A stretch of DNA of 63,899 nt, from the IMG/VR virus record IMGVR_UViG_3300009506_000024, positions 1 through 63,899 of that record; one strand, written 5' to 3'. Below, piece by piece: positions 1 to 9,166 of the stretch; the first letter of the stretch is position 1, and each line of letters begins with the position of its first letter. The DNA comes from a virus (taxonomy: Duplodnaviria; Caudoviricetes). A model generated the notes under the pieces. That model made no database searches. It was not told where the DNA came from and saw only the letters and a list, made by a program, of their open reading frames with translations. The translations under genes were made by a program, and so were the position numbers.

Positions 1-762
1 CCCGTTCACTACAAACGGTTCAAGATGGCCGATGACTTGCAGCGCAGCGCTTTGTACCTGCAAATGAACCAGGCCGGGAAGCTCTCCGACAAGTCCTTGC
101 TCGAGGACATGGACTGGGACGCTCGGAAGGAGCGCGAGCTCATCTCCGTCGAGCAGAAGATGGTGTTGGAGAACCAACGCAGCCAGGCACTAGCTCAAGC
201 GGGCATCCAAGGGGAGGCTCAGCTCGTGCAGGTGAAGTACCAAGGCCGGGCTCAGAAGATCATGATGGAGCAGCAGGCTCAGCCGATGCCTCCACAGGAC
301 GCTCAAGCACTACAGCAGGGCGGTATGCAAGCAGCCGGTCAGCCTGGTGCTGCGAGTCCTACTGCTGTGGGTGCCCAGATGAACGCCGAGATGGGGCAGA
401 TGAACCAGATGGGCCAGGTACCGCCTATGGACATGTCTGCCATGCAGCAAGGTGGTGGAGGCGGCGCCGGCGGCGAAGGGCCAGCACCCGCTACGGCCGG
501 TGGGGAGTCTCAACTACAACCAGGACAGGCTGGTCAGACCGATGTGTTCGCTGTGGCCCAGCAGGTGGTCGGTTGGCTCAATCAGCTTCCAGAGCATGAG
601 AAGAACGCCAACTTGGTGCAGATGCAGCAGAACAACCCCCAGCTCTACTCGTTGGTGCTTCAGCTCCTGCAGCAGACGCGAGGCTCAAACGTCAACTCGG
701 CAGCTCTTCCGCTGCCTGAACAGCGACCCCCGATGAGAGGCGCAGAAGCAGCGATGGTGTAG
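1..762 (+). CDS. Probable portal protein, C-terminal part (5'-truncated by window edge)
   Basis: Frame is open from base 1 (PVHYKRFKMADD...). A helical segment is followed by a long Gln/Gly/Pro-rich tail, as in many portal C-termini, and the gene lies in the morphogenesis block. Function is inferred. Confidence 0.45.
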   Translation, partial: PVHYKRFKMADDLQRSALYLQMNQAGKLSDKSLLEDMDWDARKERELISVEQKMVLENQRSQALAQAGIQGEAQLVQVKYQGRAQKIMMEQQAQPMPPQDAQALQQGGMQAAGQPGAASPTAVGAQMNAEMGQMNQMGQVPPMDMSAMQQGGGGGAGGEGPAPATAGGESQLQPGQAGQTDVFAVAQQVVGWLNQLPEHEKNANLVQMQQNNPQLYSLVLQLLQQTRGSNVNSAALPLPEQRPPMRGAEAAMV

Positions 763-763
763 C

Positions 764-1663
764 ATGCCGTTCAAGAGCCAAGCCCAGCGAAGGAAGTTCT
801 ACGCTCTCAAAGCGCGCGGTGAAATGTCTCAGAAGACCATCGACGAGTGGCAGTCGAAGACTCCCAAGAATCTACCCGAGCGGGTGAAGCAAGCCTCCCT
901 CGACCGAATCACCTACTTGGCTTTCCAAAATGAGCTCGAGAAGATTGCTCAAGGTGGGTTGGTCAAGACCATGATCACCCCCGTCAAGACGCTCGTCCAG
1001 AAAGCTATCGGTGGTGCAGCTCATGCAGCTCCAGCGGCAGAGCAGGCCGTGGCCCATGCCGCCCCGGCTGCGGAGCAGGTGGCAGGCAGAGCTGCGAGGA
1101 CAGTCCAAAGAGCAGGTGAAGCAGCCAAGGACTTCTCTTTGGCTGGAGAGAAGGCGATAGCAGGTGCATCTCCCTCTGCCATCAAGAGCACTGGCGGAGT
1201 AGCCAGCGCGGGCAACATTCAGAAGACCTTGCAAGAGGCAGATCGAGTGCAGAGGGCTCAGAGATGGACGGCTGCGGCGCGGGAAGCCAGAGTCAACAAG
1301 GCTCTTCAAGAGGGCGTACTGGATCCGAAGGTCCACAGTGTTGGGGAGTTCATGCGTACGGGTCAGGTCACTCCAAAGAAGATAGTGTCGGCTCCGATTC
1401 CTCGACCAGAGGCTACCGCTACTGGCGTCAGCACTCTTCCTGAAACAGTCGTCGGCAAGCACAAAGCACTGACTGGGGCAGCACCTGCAATGCCGGGAGC
1501 GGCGCCCACGATGCCAGGCGGCATGCCTGCTATGCCGGGTGCGGCTCCGGCTGCTCCGGTGCAGGCCGGGCAAGGTGCGTGGTTCAGAGACCCGAGATTC
1601 GTCGGTGGAGGCCTCGGCTTGGGCGGCCTCGGCTTTGGTACTGGGGCTCTGGCGGCGGGCTAA
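764..1663 (+). CDS. Ala-rich putative internal virion protein with FxxELEKIA tag and C-terminal glycine zipper
   Basis: MPFKSQAQRRKFYA N-terminus, VKQAS and AFQNELEKIA motifs, AHAAPAAEQ repeats, C-terminal GGGLGLGGLGFGTGALAAG. Confidence 0.7.
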   Translation: MPFKSQAQRRKFYALKARGEMSQKTIDEWQSKTPKNLPERVKQASLDRITYLAFQNELEKIAQGGLVKTMITPVKTLVQKAIGGAAHAAPAAEQAVAHAAPAAEQVAGRAARTVQRAGEAAKDFSLAGEKAIAGASPSAIKSTGGVASAGNIQKTLQEADRVQRAQRWTAAAREARVNKALQEGVLDPKVHSVGEFMRTGQVTPKKIVSAPIPRPEATATGVSTLPETVVGKHKALTGAAPAMPGAAPTMPGGMPAMPGAAPAAPVQAGQGAWFRDPRFVGGGLGLGGLGFGTGALAAG

Positions 1664-1687
1664 AAGAGAGAGCTCGTCGGCTCTCTC
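1662..1687 (-). terminator. Intrinsic terminator between convergent genes
   Basis: GAGAGAGC-tcgtcg-GCTCTCTC hairpin preceded by AAAA (a U-tract on the minus strand). Confidence 0.6.
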
Positions 1688-1697
1688 AGTTCTCCTT

Positions 1698-1997
1698 TCA
1701 TAGAAGCTGTTGCAGGCGGTACTTACAGGCGGGACACACCTGTTTGTGGATGAGGTTCCACTCGGCGCGCTTCTCTTTGTCGACTTGGTCTGTGACCTTG
1801 TCTCTGAAGAAGTGCTCCCAGAGGTACGCCATCAAGCACGCGCCTGGACAATCGCACTCATCGTCACTGCATGAGCACGAGCAGAAGTGTCGCTCCTTCC
1901 CCCTTCTACGGATGACGTCGGCGTCCCCCACGACGATCTCTCCGCAGAAGTCACAACGGACGACGTTCGTTTTGCCTACCCGCATGATCGAAGCCAC
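1698..1997 (-). CDS. Small Cys-rich (Zn-binding) hypothetical protein
   Basis: CDFC, CSC..CDC and CPAC motifs; overlaps the upstream minus-strand ORF as an operon. Confidence 0.6.
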   Translation of the reverse strand: MASIMRVGKTNVVRCDFCGEIVVGDADVIRRRGKERHFCSCSCSDDECDCPGACLMAYLWEHFFRDKVTDQVDKEKRAEWNLIHKQVCPACKYRLQQLL

Positions 1998-2575
1998 TCG
2001 CCGTAGTCGGGAACGTCAGTCCTCTCGATGAGCCTCCAAAGCTCTACGTTTATTTCGTCCATGCACCAGTAGTGCACGTAGCCATTTTCCTTTGGCTTGA
2101 ACATCGAGAATGAGCCCTTGTTGCTGGGCTCCGAGAAGCCTCTCTCAATCAGGATTGTGCTTTCCCAATCTGGGTGGGGGTACGGCTGGATCACCTTGTT
2201 CGGCTTGTTTTTGTGGCACAGGCCGCACTGCCCATCCTTCGACAGGCGTTTCATCCTGTCGGAGAAGTTGAATCCTGGGCCATCGGCAATCGCTGGCAGC
2301 TCCGCCGCGCACTCGTGACAGATCCATTTCACGTTGTCTCTGTCTTCGAATGGCAGCGAGATGAACTGCATTCCCCACTTCCTGCGTCGGAGCGCTCCAT
2401 GCTGTAGCCTGAGAGCTGCGGGTCCCATGACGGCCCCCGAGCACAGCAAGCAATGCCCCAACGGAGAGTGTGACTTCGTGCTTTTCGGCTCAGCTCGTGG
2501 CTTTGCCTTCGGCTTCTTTATTCTTGGCCTCTTGTTGGGCCTCGTCGTACTGATGGACGGTCTTCTTGAGCTCAT
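1976..2575 (-). CDS. Zn-finger hypothetical protein with basic N-terminus
   Basis: CLLC, CHEC, CGLC and HYWC motifs; GGAGG RBS before ATG. Confidence 0.65.
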   Translation of the reverse strand: MSSRRPSISTTRPNKRPRIKKPKAKPRAEPKSTKSHSPLGHCLLCSGAVMGPAALRLQHGALRRRKWGMQFISLPFEDRDNVKWICHECAAELPAIADGPGFNFSDRMKRLSKDGQCGLCHKNKPNKVIQPYPHPDWESTILIERGFSEPSNKGSFSMFKPKENGYVHYWCMDEINVELWRLIERTDVPDYGEWLRSCG

Positions 2576-2626
2576 GGATTACCCTCCGACAGAAGAACAC
2601 CAGGAAGCCCAGAAGTACCAATCTCA

Positions 2627-2809
2627 TCAATCTTTGTTCTCCGTGCGCTCTGGCTCGTAGCTGCTGCCGTTGTTGTCGGTCTGGTCATACGAGGGCTGGT
2701 TCCAGGAGTCGTCCCCTGGTGGGTCGTCGTACTGGAAAAAGCCCCCGACCATTCCTTCGGTTCCTTGCAGGTCGTCACGATACCGTTCGAGCACAGAAGT
2801 TGATGCCAT
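2627..2809 (-). CDS. Small acidic hypothetical protein
   Basis: Strong GGAGG RBS before ATG; first gene downstream of an ATAAG motif. Confidence 0.5.
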   Translation of the reverse strand: MASTSVLERYRDDLQGTEGMVGGFFQYDDPPGDDSWNQPSYDQTDNNGSSYEPERTENKD

Positions 2810-2877
2810 TTGTTCCTCCGATTTGCCTGAGTAGTTGGACAGATTTATTGGGACCCTTCCACAGGTCTTATATCGAC

Positions 2878-2907
2878 TTGCTACCCCGAGATTTCGGGGG
2901 GTATAGT
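2878..2907 (+). promoter_or_regulatory. Sigma70-like promoter upstream of the RNAP gene
   Basis: TTGCTA-N18-TATAGT; the spacer contains the inverted repeat CCCCGA-GATT-TCGGGG. Confidence 0.5.
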
Positions 2908-2978
2908 GACCAAAAGGCTAAGACTTCCAACGCTTAGGCGGCTCTCGCGCCGCTCACGACGGTGGATGGGAGAGCAGG

Positions 2979-5900
2979 ATGGCACACGTCGCCCCCGAAG
3001 AGGCGTTTGAACGACTCAAGCAGCGCACGTCAGAGACGATCCAGAACTACTTCCCTATTCAAGGGCGCACTCACACGCTGGAAGCGAAGAGAGTCTGGGT
3101 CGACGACACCAAAGACATCGACGACATCAGGGAGCAGAAGGACGTCAAGGTCAAAGGTCGTAGCTGGACGGTCCCCATCAGAGCCGAGCTCGAGCTCAAG
3201 GATGAGAAGGGCAAGGTGGTGGACCGACAGGTCATCAACGTCGCCCAGCTTCCCAAGATCACACGGCGCTACAGCTACATCGTCAACGGCAACGAGTGGC
3301 AGGTGAACAACCTGTTCCGGTTGAAGTCTGGCGTCTACACCCGACAGCGGAAGAACGGAGAGCTCACGTCCCAGTGGAACTTGGCGAAGGGCCAGAACTT
3401 CCACATGGACTTCAGCCCGAAGACCAAGAAGATGACCTTGCGTTTTGGGGAAGCGAACATTCCCCTCTACCCAGTGCTCAAAACGCTGGGGGTGGACGAC
3501 GACACCATCGAGAGGTCGTGGGGTAAGGACATCCTCGACGCCAACAAGAAGGGGAAGGAGGACGTTGCCCTTCGTAGGTTCTACCGCGCGATGCGCGGCT
3601 CTACTCCTGACACGCTGGACCAAGCTCGGCAGGCTATCCAGGAGAAGTTCGACAACACGGTCTTGCGCCCTGACTCCACCAACCTGACGTTGGGCAAGCC
3701 GTACGAGACCGTGACCGGAGCTGCTTTGGTCGACGGCTCCAGCAAGATCCTGAGAGTGTCTCGCCAAGAAGAGGAACCAGACGACCACAACCAGCTTCAG
3801 TTCAAAGAGCTCCACTCTGCCGAGGACCTCATCAATGAGCGCCTCGACAAGTGGAAGGTGCAGAAGGACGTCAAGAGGAAGATCACCAACACCATCGACA
3901 AGCATACCAAGGTCAAGAACATCATCAGTCCTGACATCTTTGGGAAGCCTCTGCGTCAGTTCTTCGTGAGCTCGGTGCTCAGTGAGAACCCAGAGCAGAC
4001 CAACCCAGTGAGCTTCATTGCGGGGAATCGAAAGACCACCTTGGTCGCCCCAGGCGAAGGTGGCATCGGCTCGGCCCACCAGATCACTCTGGAGGCTCAG
4101 TCCATCAACCCCAGCCACCTTGGCTTTCTCGATCCCATTCAGACACCGGAGTCAGATCGTATCGGCGTGACGCTGCAGCTCGCTTCCCACATCGAGAAGG
4201 ACGGCCACGATCTGAAGATGCCGGTCTTCAATGTGAAGACGGGCAAGCGGGACAAGATCACTCCTTACGAGGCCCTCAAATCGAACCTCGCATTCCCTGA
4301 CCAGTACAACTGGGTGGGTGGCAAACCGACCCCGGTGAAGAAGACGGTCAAGGTTTCAGACCCGGACGGTACCGTGACGGTAGTGAAGCCTTCCGATGTG
4401 GACTACGTCATCGGCTCGAGCAAAGGGATGTTCGACCTTGCCGCGAACATGATCCCGTTCCTTCAGAACAACCAGGGCAACCGCACCATGGTGGCTTCCC
4501 GCCAGCTCGAGCAGGCGTTGTCCCTGAGAGACCGAGAAGCCCCCTTGGTGCAGACTCGGTCAGACAACCCCCGCCGTACCTTCGAGCAGGGCATTGGTGC
4601 CTTCGTTGGTCACGTATCTCACGTGGACGGGGTCGTAGAGAAGGTCAAGAACGACGGCGTCATCATCAAGGACAGGGATGGCAAGCGCCACGAGGTTCAG
4701 ATCTACGACGACTTCCCCCTCAACGATGACAAGAGCGTCCTCAACTCAACGCCCCTGGTAAAGGTCGGAGACCCAGTGAAGAAGGGGCAGACAGTTGCCG
4801 ACACAAACTTCACCCGTGGTGGGACGTTGGCCTTGGGAACCAATCTGAACGTCGCCTACATGCCCTACAAGGGGTACAACTTCGAGGATGGCATCGTGGT
4901 CTCCGAGTCGGCCGCGAAGAAGCTCACGTCGGAGCACATGTATCGGGAGTCCGTGTCGGCCGAGAAGGCAATCAAGCTCGACAAAAAGAAGTTCCTCTCC
5001 TACATGGCTGGGAAGGTCACGCAGGACCAGGCCGACAAGCTCGATGAGCACGGGGTCATTCAGGAGGGGCAGACTGTCTACAAGGATGACATTCTTCTTG
5101 GCCTGTTGAAGGAGGAAGGAGTCACCCAGGACGAGCAGAAGCTCGGACTCTTCTCAAAAGGATTCATCCGTCCGTGGAAGCCCCGTGAAGTACGTTGGGA
5201 CAAGGATGTCCCAGGCCGCGTCACAAAGGTGGTGCGGCACGGCAAGAAGACTACGGTCTATGTGCGCGCGGACGCCCCCGCTACCGTGGGTGACAAGATC
5301 GTCGGTCGCCATGGAAACAAGGGCATCATCACCAACGTCCTGCCGGATCATGAGATGCCCCAAAAGGCAGACGGAACCCCAGTGGACGTGCTGCTCAACC
5401 CCACGGGAGTGCCTACTCGAATCAACCTCGGTCAGGTATTGGAGACCGCGGCGGGCAAGATCGCGCAGAAGACAGGCAAACCGTACATCGTCAACAACTT
5501 CGACCCGAACAACCCTGACTACACCAGGAAGCTGAAGTCAGAGCTCCAAGCGCACAACATCTCTGACACTGAGGACCTCTTCGACCCCATCACCAAGAGG
5601 AAGTTCCCGAACGTATTGACGGGGCCGCAGTACATCCTGAAGCTCCACCACACGGCGGAGAAGGGCCTGTCCACTCGCTCTCGGGATGCCTACGATTCGA
5701 ACATGCTTCCCCAGAAGGGAGGGCCGAAGGGCGGGCAGACGATGGACGCCATGGGCCTGTACGCAATGCTCGCTCACGATGCTCGAGAGAACATCCGTGA
5801 GATGCAGACGTACAAGAGCGACATGAACGACCAGTTCTGGGCTCAGATCCAGGCAGGTGATCCTATCCCAGCTCCAAAGGCCCCCTTCGTCTTCAAGAAG

Positions 5901-8900
5901 TTCGAGGGCTACATGAAGGGTATGGGCCTCGACATTCGGAAGGAAGGCAACGAACTCATCCTTCAGCCGCTCACGGACAAGAAGGTGTTGGAGATGAGCA
6001 ACGGCCCCCTGGCTGATGCTGGCCGAGCACTGCGAGCGAAGGATGCGAAAGAAGAAGCGGGAGGTATCTTCGACCCCAAAGTCACTGGAGGAGTGAAGGG
6101 GAAGAAGTGGTCTCACATAGCTCTTCCGGAGCGCATGCCCAACCCAGTCTTCGAAGCGCCAGTGACAGCCCTGCTAGGGCTCAACCAGAACAGCTACCGA
6201 AAGGTGGTGACTGGGGAACAAGAGCTCGATGGGAAGACAGGGCCGACAGCAATCGTGTCTGCTTTGAGAGGTCTCGACACAGCGAAGATGAAGTCCGAGC
6301 TCGAAGCTGAGATCCCAAACCTCAGAACGACTAAGCTGAACAAGGCCAACCGGAAGCTGAAGTACATCCGCGCGCTCGAGCGGGCAGAGATGGACCCCAA
6401 AGAAGCGTACACAATGAAGTACCTTCCTGTGTTGCCTCCTCAGTTCAGGCCGATCACCATCCTCGACAGTGGCGACATCAACTACGACGACGTCAACCGG
6501 CTCTACAATCACATCGGTCAGATCAAGCTGAAGTTCGACGACTTCGACCCGGCGCTACCTCCAGAGGAGAAGCTGCCGCTGCAGACGTCCCTCTACGACG
6601 GCCTCAAGGCGGTGACTCTCACGGGTCAGGTGCATCAAGGTCGGCATCGGAATGCCATCATTCAGACTATCGCAAGCGCCCAAGACCAACAGCCGAAGGA
6701 AGGGTTCTTCCAAGACAAGATCATTGGCCGGCGGCAGGACTTGTCCCTGCGCAGCGTCATCATCCCGGAGCCGTCTCTCAGTCTGGACGAGGTAGGGATC
6801 CCTCGGAAAGCTGCGACAGAGCTCTACAAGCCGTTCGTCGTTCGCAAGTTGACTCAGATGGGTCACCGACCGTTGGAAGCGCAGGACATGGTCAAGAAGA
6901 ACCACCCTGCTGCTGCTGATGCTCTGGCAGCCGTGCTCGATGAGCGCCCGCTGCTACTCAAGCGCGACCCAGTCCTCCACAAGTTCGGAGTCCAGGCTTT
7001 CAAGCCGAAGCTGGTAGAGGGAAAGGCCGTCAAGATTCACCCGCTCGCTACCGCTGGGTACAACGCTGACTTCGACGGCGACAAGATGAGTGCGTTCGTA
7101 CCAGTGAGCCCAAAGGCTGTGAAGGAAGCGTACAAGATGCTTCCTTCCAACAACCTGTTCAACCCATCGACTGGATTCCTGATGTCGAAGCCGACGCAGG
7201 AGTCCATGATGGGGCTCTACAAGATGAGCGAGTTTGGGAAGAAGACCAACAAGAAGTTCAGCTCGCCGGCGGAGGCAGCTCGGGCTGTGAAGGATGGGGA
7301 CATCGACATGAACTCCATCATCAGCCTGGACAACCTGGATGAGGGAGATCTCTTCAAGGACCTGGTGAAGCAGGCGGCGCCGCTTCAGACCACTGTTGGC
7401 CGGCTCATGCTCTACCAGTCTTTGCCTGAAGACCTTCGGGACAAGCGCCTGCTCACAGACCCGGCGTACGTGATGAACAAGGGCAACTTGTACGGCTTGC
7501 TCACTGACGTAGCTAAGAAGTCCCCTGGGGATTTCGGTACCGTCTCCGACAAGTTCAAAGACATCGGGAACGAGTACGCCACTGGCCTATCCATTGGGCT
7601 CGACGACTTTGTGTCTGACGCGAGCTTCAGGGATAGCGTGCTGAGAGATGCCGCTCGAGCAGAGTCCACCGTCAGGTCCAAGAACATCTCTGTCCAAAAG
7701 AAGAAGGACAAGATTGTGGACATCTACGTGGGCGCCTCGGAGAAGATCACGAAGGAGACCAAGAAGCGCGCGGACGCTCAGCAGAATCGGATGTACGACT
7801 GGGTTCGGTCCGGAGCTCGAGGAAGTTGGGACCAGTTCAAGCAGATGACAGTCGCTCCTATGCTGGTAGCCGACTCGAAGGGAGAACCAGTACCGATTCC
7901 GATTCCGAAGTCCTACTCAGAGGGGCTGGACATCGGGTCGTACTTCGCGTCCATGCACGGAGCTCGGATGGGAACCATTGGTCGTGTCCAAGGCACCCAA
8001 GCTCCAGGAAAGATGTCGAAGCAGCTCATCAACACCACCATGAATCAGATGGTGGTCTCCGACGACTGCGGCACTACAAAAGGTGTGGTCCTTCCCGCTG
8101 ACAGCAGAGATGTGCTTGACAGGTTCACCACTCGGGACGTGCGACTAGGAACCAAGGGAGGCCAGGACAAGGGTGTCATCCCTGCGGGTACTTTGGTGAC
8201 CCCAGACGTCGTGAACAGGCTCAAGAACAACAAGGTGGCGAAGATCGAGGTTCGGTCACCGTTGAAGTGCGCTCACGGCAAGGGCCTCTGCGCCAAGTGC
8301 TACGGCATCAACGAAAACGGGAAGCTCCATTCACCGGGGGCAAATCTTGGAGTGATAGCCGCCCAGGCTCTTGGTGAGCCGGCTACGCAGCTTGCCATGA
8401 ACGCCTTCCATACTGGAGGTGTGGTAGGAGCGAAGGGTACTCAGGCTACCGGCATGTTCCAGCGGCTCGAGCAGCTTCTGAACGTGCCAAAGACCCTCCC
8501 TGGATCAGCCACCTTGGCTGATGTCGAAGGGACGGTGGACAAGGTGGAGAAGGACCCGGCGGGCGGGTGGAGAGTTCACGTTGCAAACCAAAGCACTACG
8601 AGGTCTCACTACGTTCCCGCAGCCCGCGCCATCACCGTCAAGAAGGGGGACCAGGTGAAGATGGGGGACTCTCTTACTGATGGACCGAAGAACCCCAGAG
8701 AGATGCTGCGGCGGACCAACATGAACGCGGTCCAGAAGTACCTCACTGATGAGATATGGAAGGCCTACGAGAGTGAGGGGCCGGTGAAGAGGCGGAACGT
8801 GGAGACGTTCGTCCGGTCCATGACGAACCTGAGCGAGATTTCGGATCCGGGAGACCACGATACCCTTTTGAGAGGAGACCGAACGCCTACATCTGAGATC

Positions 8901-9158
8901 GTGGCGTTCAACAGGAGCTTGACTCCCGGTAACAAGCCCATCCAATACAGGCCTGTGCTACAAGGCATCAACATGTTGCCGCTCGAGCTCCAGACGGATT
9001 GGATAGCCAGGCTTCAGAGCAGCAGACTGAAGGGTACCATCCTGGATGCTGCTTCGGAGGGTTGGAAGTCCATGCTCCACGACACCCATCCCATTCCGGC
9101 GATGGCTTATGGCAAGGAGTTTGGTAAGGGTACTCCTGAGGCACCCTGGTTGTACTGA
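2979..9158 (+). CDS. rpoBC: Phage multisubunit-type RNA polymerase, fused beta-beta' single polypeptide
   Basis: Beta motifs: TPES, IPFL, GYNFEDGI, GDKIVGRHGNKG, LLNPTGVPTRINLGQ, YILKLHH. Beta' motifs: LPVLPP..RP, RDPVLH, catalytic NADFDGD (7062-7082), SGARG, DCGT, RSPLKC..C..CYG, AAQALGEPATQL..AFHTGG. Confidence 0.95.
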   Translation: MAHVAPEEAFERLKQRTSETIQNYFPIQGRTHTLEAKRVWVDDTKDIDDIREQKDVKVKGRSWTVPIRAELELKDEKGKVVDRQVINVAQLPKITRRYSYIVNGNEWQVNNLFRLKSGVYTRQRKNGELTSQWNLAKGQNFHMDFSPKTKKMTLRFGEANIPLYPVLKTLGVDDDTIERSWGKDILDANKKGKEDVALRRFYRAMRGSTPDTLDQARQAIQEKFDNTVLRPDSTNLTLGKPYETVTGAALVDGSSKILRVSRQEEEPDDHNQLQFKELHSAEDLINERLDKWKVQKDVKRKITNTIDKHTKVKNIISPDIFGKPLRQFFVSSVLSENPEQTNPVSFIAGNRKTTLVAPGEGGIGSAHQITLEAQSINPSHLGFLDPIQTPESDRIGVTLQLASHIEKDGHDLKMPVFNVKTGKRDKITPYEALKSNLAFPDQYNWVGGKPTPVKKTVKVSDPDGTVTVVKPSDVDYVIGSSKGMFDLAANMIPFLQNNQGNRTMVASRQLEQALSLRDREAPLVQTRSDNPRRTFEQGIGAFVGHVSHVDGVVEKVKNDGVIIKDRDGKRHEVQIYDDFPLNDDKSVLNSTPLVKVGDPVKKGQTVADTNFTRGGTLALGTNLNVAYMPYKGYNFEDGIVVSESAAKKLTSEHMYRESVSAEKAIKLDKKKFLSYMAGKVTQDQADKLDEHGVIQEGQTVYKDDILLGLLKEEGVTQDEQKLGLFSKGFIRPWKPREVRWDKDVPGRVTKVVRHGKKTTVYVRADAPATVGDKIVGRHGNKGIITNVLPDHEMPQKADGTPVDVLLNPTGVPTRINLGQVLETAAGKIAQKTGKPYIVNNFDPNNPDYTRKLKSELQAHNISDTEDLFDPITKRKFPNVLTGPQYILKLHHTAEKGLSTRSRDAYDSNMLPQKGGPKGGQTMDAMGLYAMLAHDARENIREMQTYKSDMNDQFWAQIQAGDPIPAPKAPFVFKKFEGYMKGMGLDIRKEGNELILQPLTDKKVLEMSNGPLADAGRALRAKDAKEEAGGIFDPKVTGGVKGKKWSHIALPERMPNPVFEAPVTALLGLNQNSYRKVVTGEQELDGKTGPTAIVSALRGLDTAKMKSELEAEIPNLRTTKLNKANRKLKYIRALERAEMDPKEAYTMKYLPVLPPQFRPITILDSGDINYDDVNRLYNHIGQIKLKFDDFDPALPPEEKLPLQTSLYDGLKAVTLTGQVHQGRHRNAIIQTIASAQDQQPKEGFFQDKIIGRRQDLSLRSVIIPEPSLSLDEVGIPRKAATELYKPFVVRKLTQMGHRPLEAQDMVKKNHPAAADALAAVLDERPLLLKRDPVLHKFGVQAFKPKLVEGKAVKIHPLATAGYNADFDGDKMSAFVPVSPKAVKEAYKMLPSNNLFNPSTGFLMSKPTQESMMGLYKMSEFGKKTNKKFSSPAEAARAVKDGDIDMNSIISLDNLDEGDLFKDLVKQAAPLQTTVGRLMLYQSLPEDLRDKRLLTDPAYVMNKGNLYGLLTDVAKKSPGDFGTVSDKFKDIGNEYATGLSIGLDDFVSDASFRDSVLRDAARAESTVRSKNISVQKKKDKIVDIYVGASEKITKETKKRADAQQNRMYDWVRSGARGSWDQFKQMTVAPMLVADSKGEPVPIPIPKSYSEGLDIGSYFASMHGARMGTIGRVQGTQAPGKMSKQLINTTMNQMVVSDDCGTTKGVVLPADSRDVLDRFTTRDVRLGTKGGQDKGVIPAGTLVTPDVVNRLKNNKVAKIEVRSPLKCAHGKGLCAKCYGINENGKLHSPGANLGVIAAQALGEPATQLAMNAFHTGGVVGAKGTQATGMFQRLEQLLNVPKTLPGSATLADVEGTVDKVEKDPAGGWRVHVANQSTTRSHYVPAARAITVKKGDQVKMGDSLTDGPKNPREMLRRTNMNAVQKYLTDEIWKAYESEGPVKRRNVETFVRSMTNLSEISDPGDHDTLLRGDRTPTSEIVAFNRSLTPGNKPIQYRPVLQGINMLPLELQTDWIARLQSSRLKGTILDAASEGWKSMLHDTHPIPAMAYGKEFGKGTPEAPWLY

Positions 9159-9166
9159 GGACGTAG

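Noticed and set aside
1017-1560. Short tandem repeats in ORF 764 (AHAAPAAEQ twice; AMPG repeats)
   Set aside because: Ordinary low-complexity coding linkers with degenerate DNA; not a DGR or contingency locus (no reverse transcriptase in the window).
2979-9158. Host chromosomal rpoBC locus or prophage boundary
   Set aside because: No ribosomal-protein neighbours, the enzyme is reduced and divergent, and it is flanked by virion genes.
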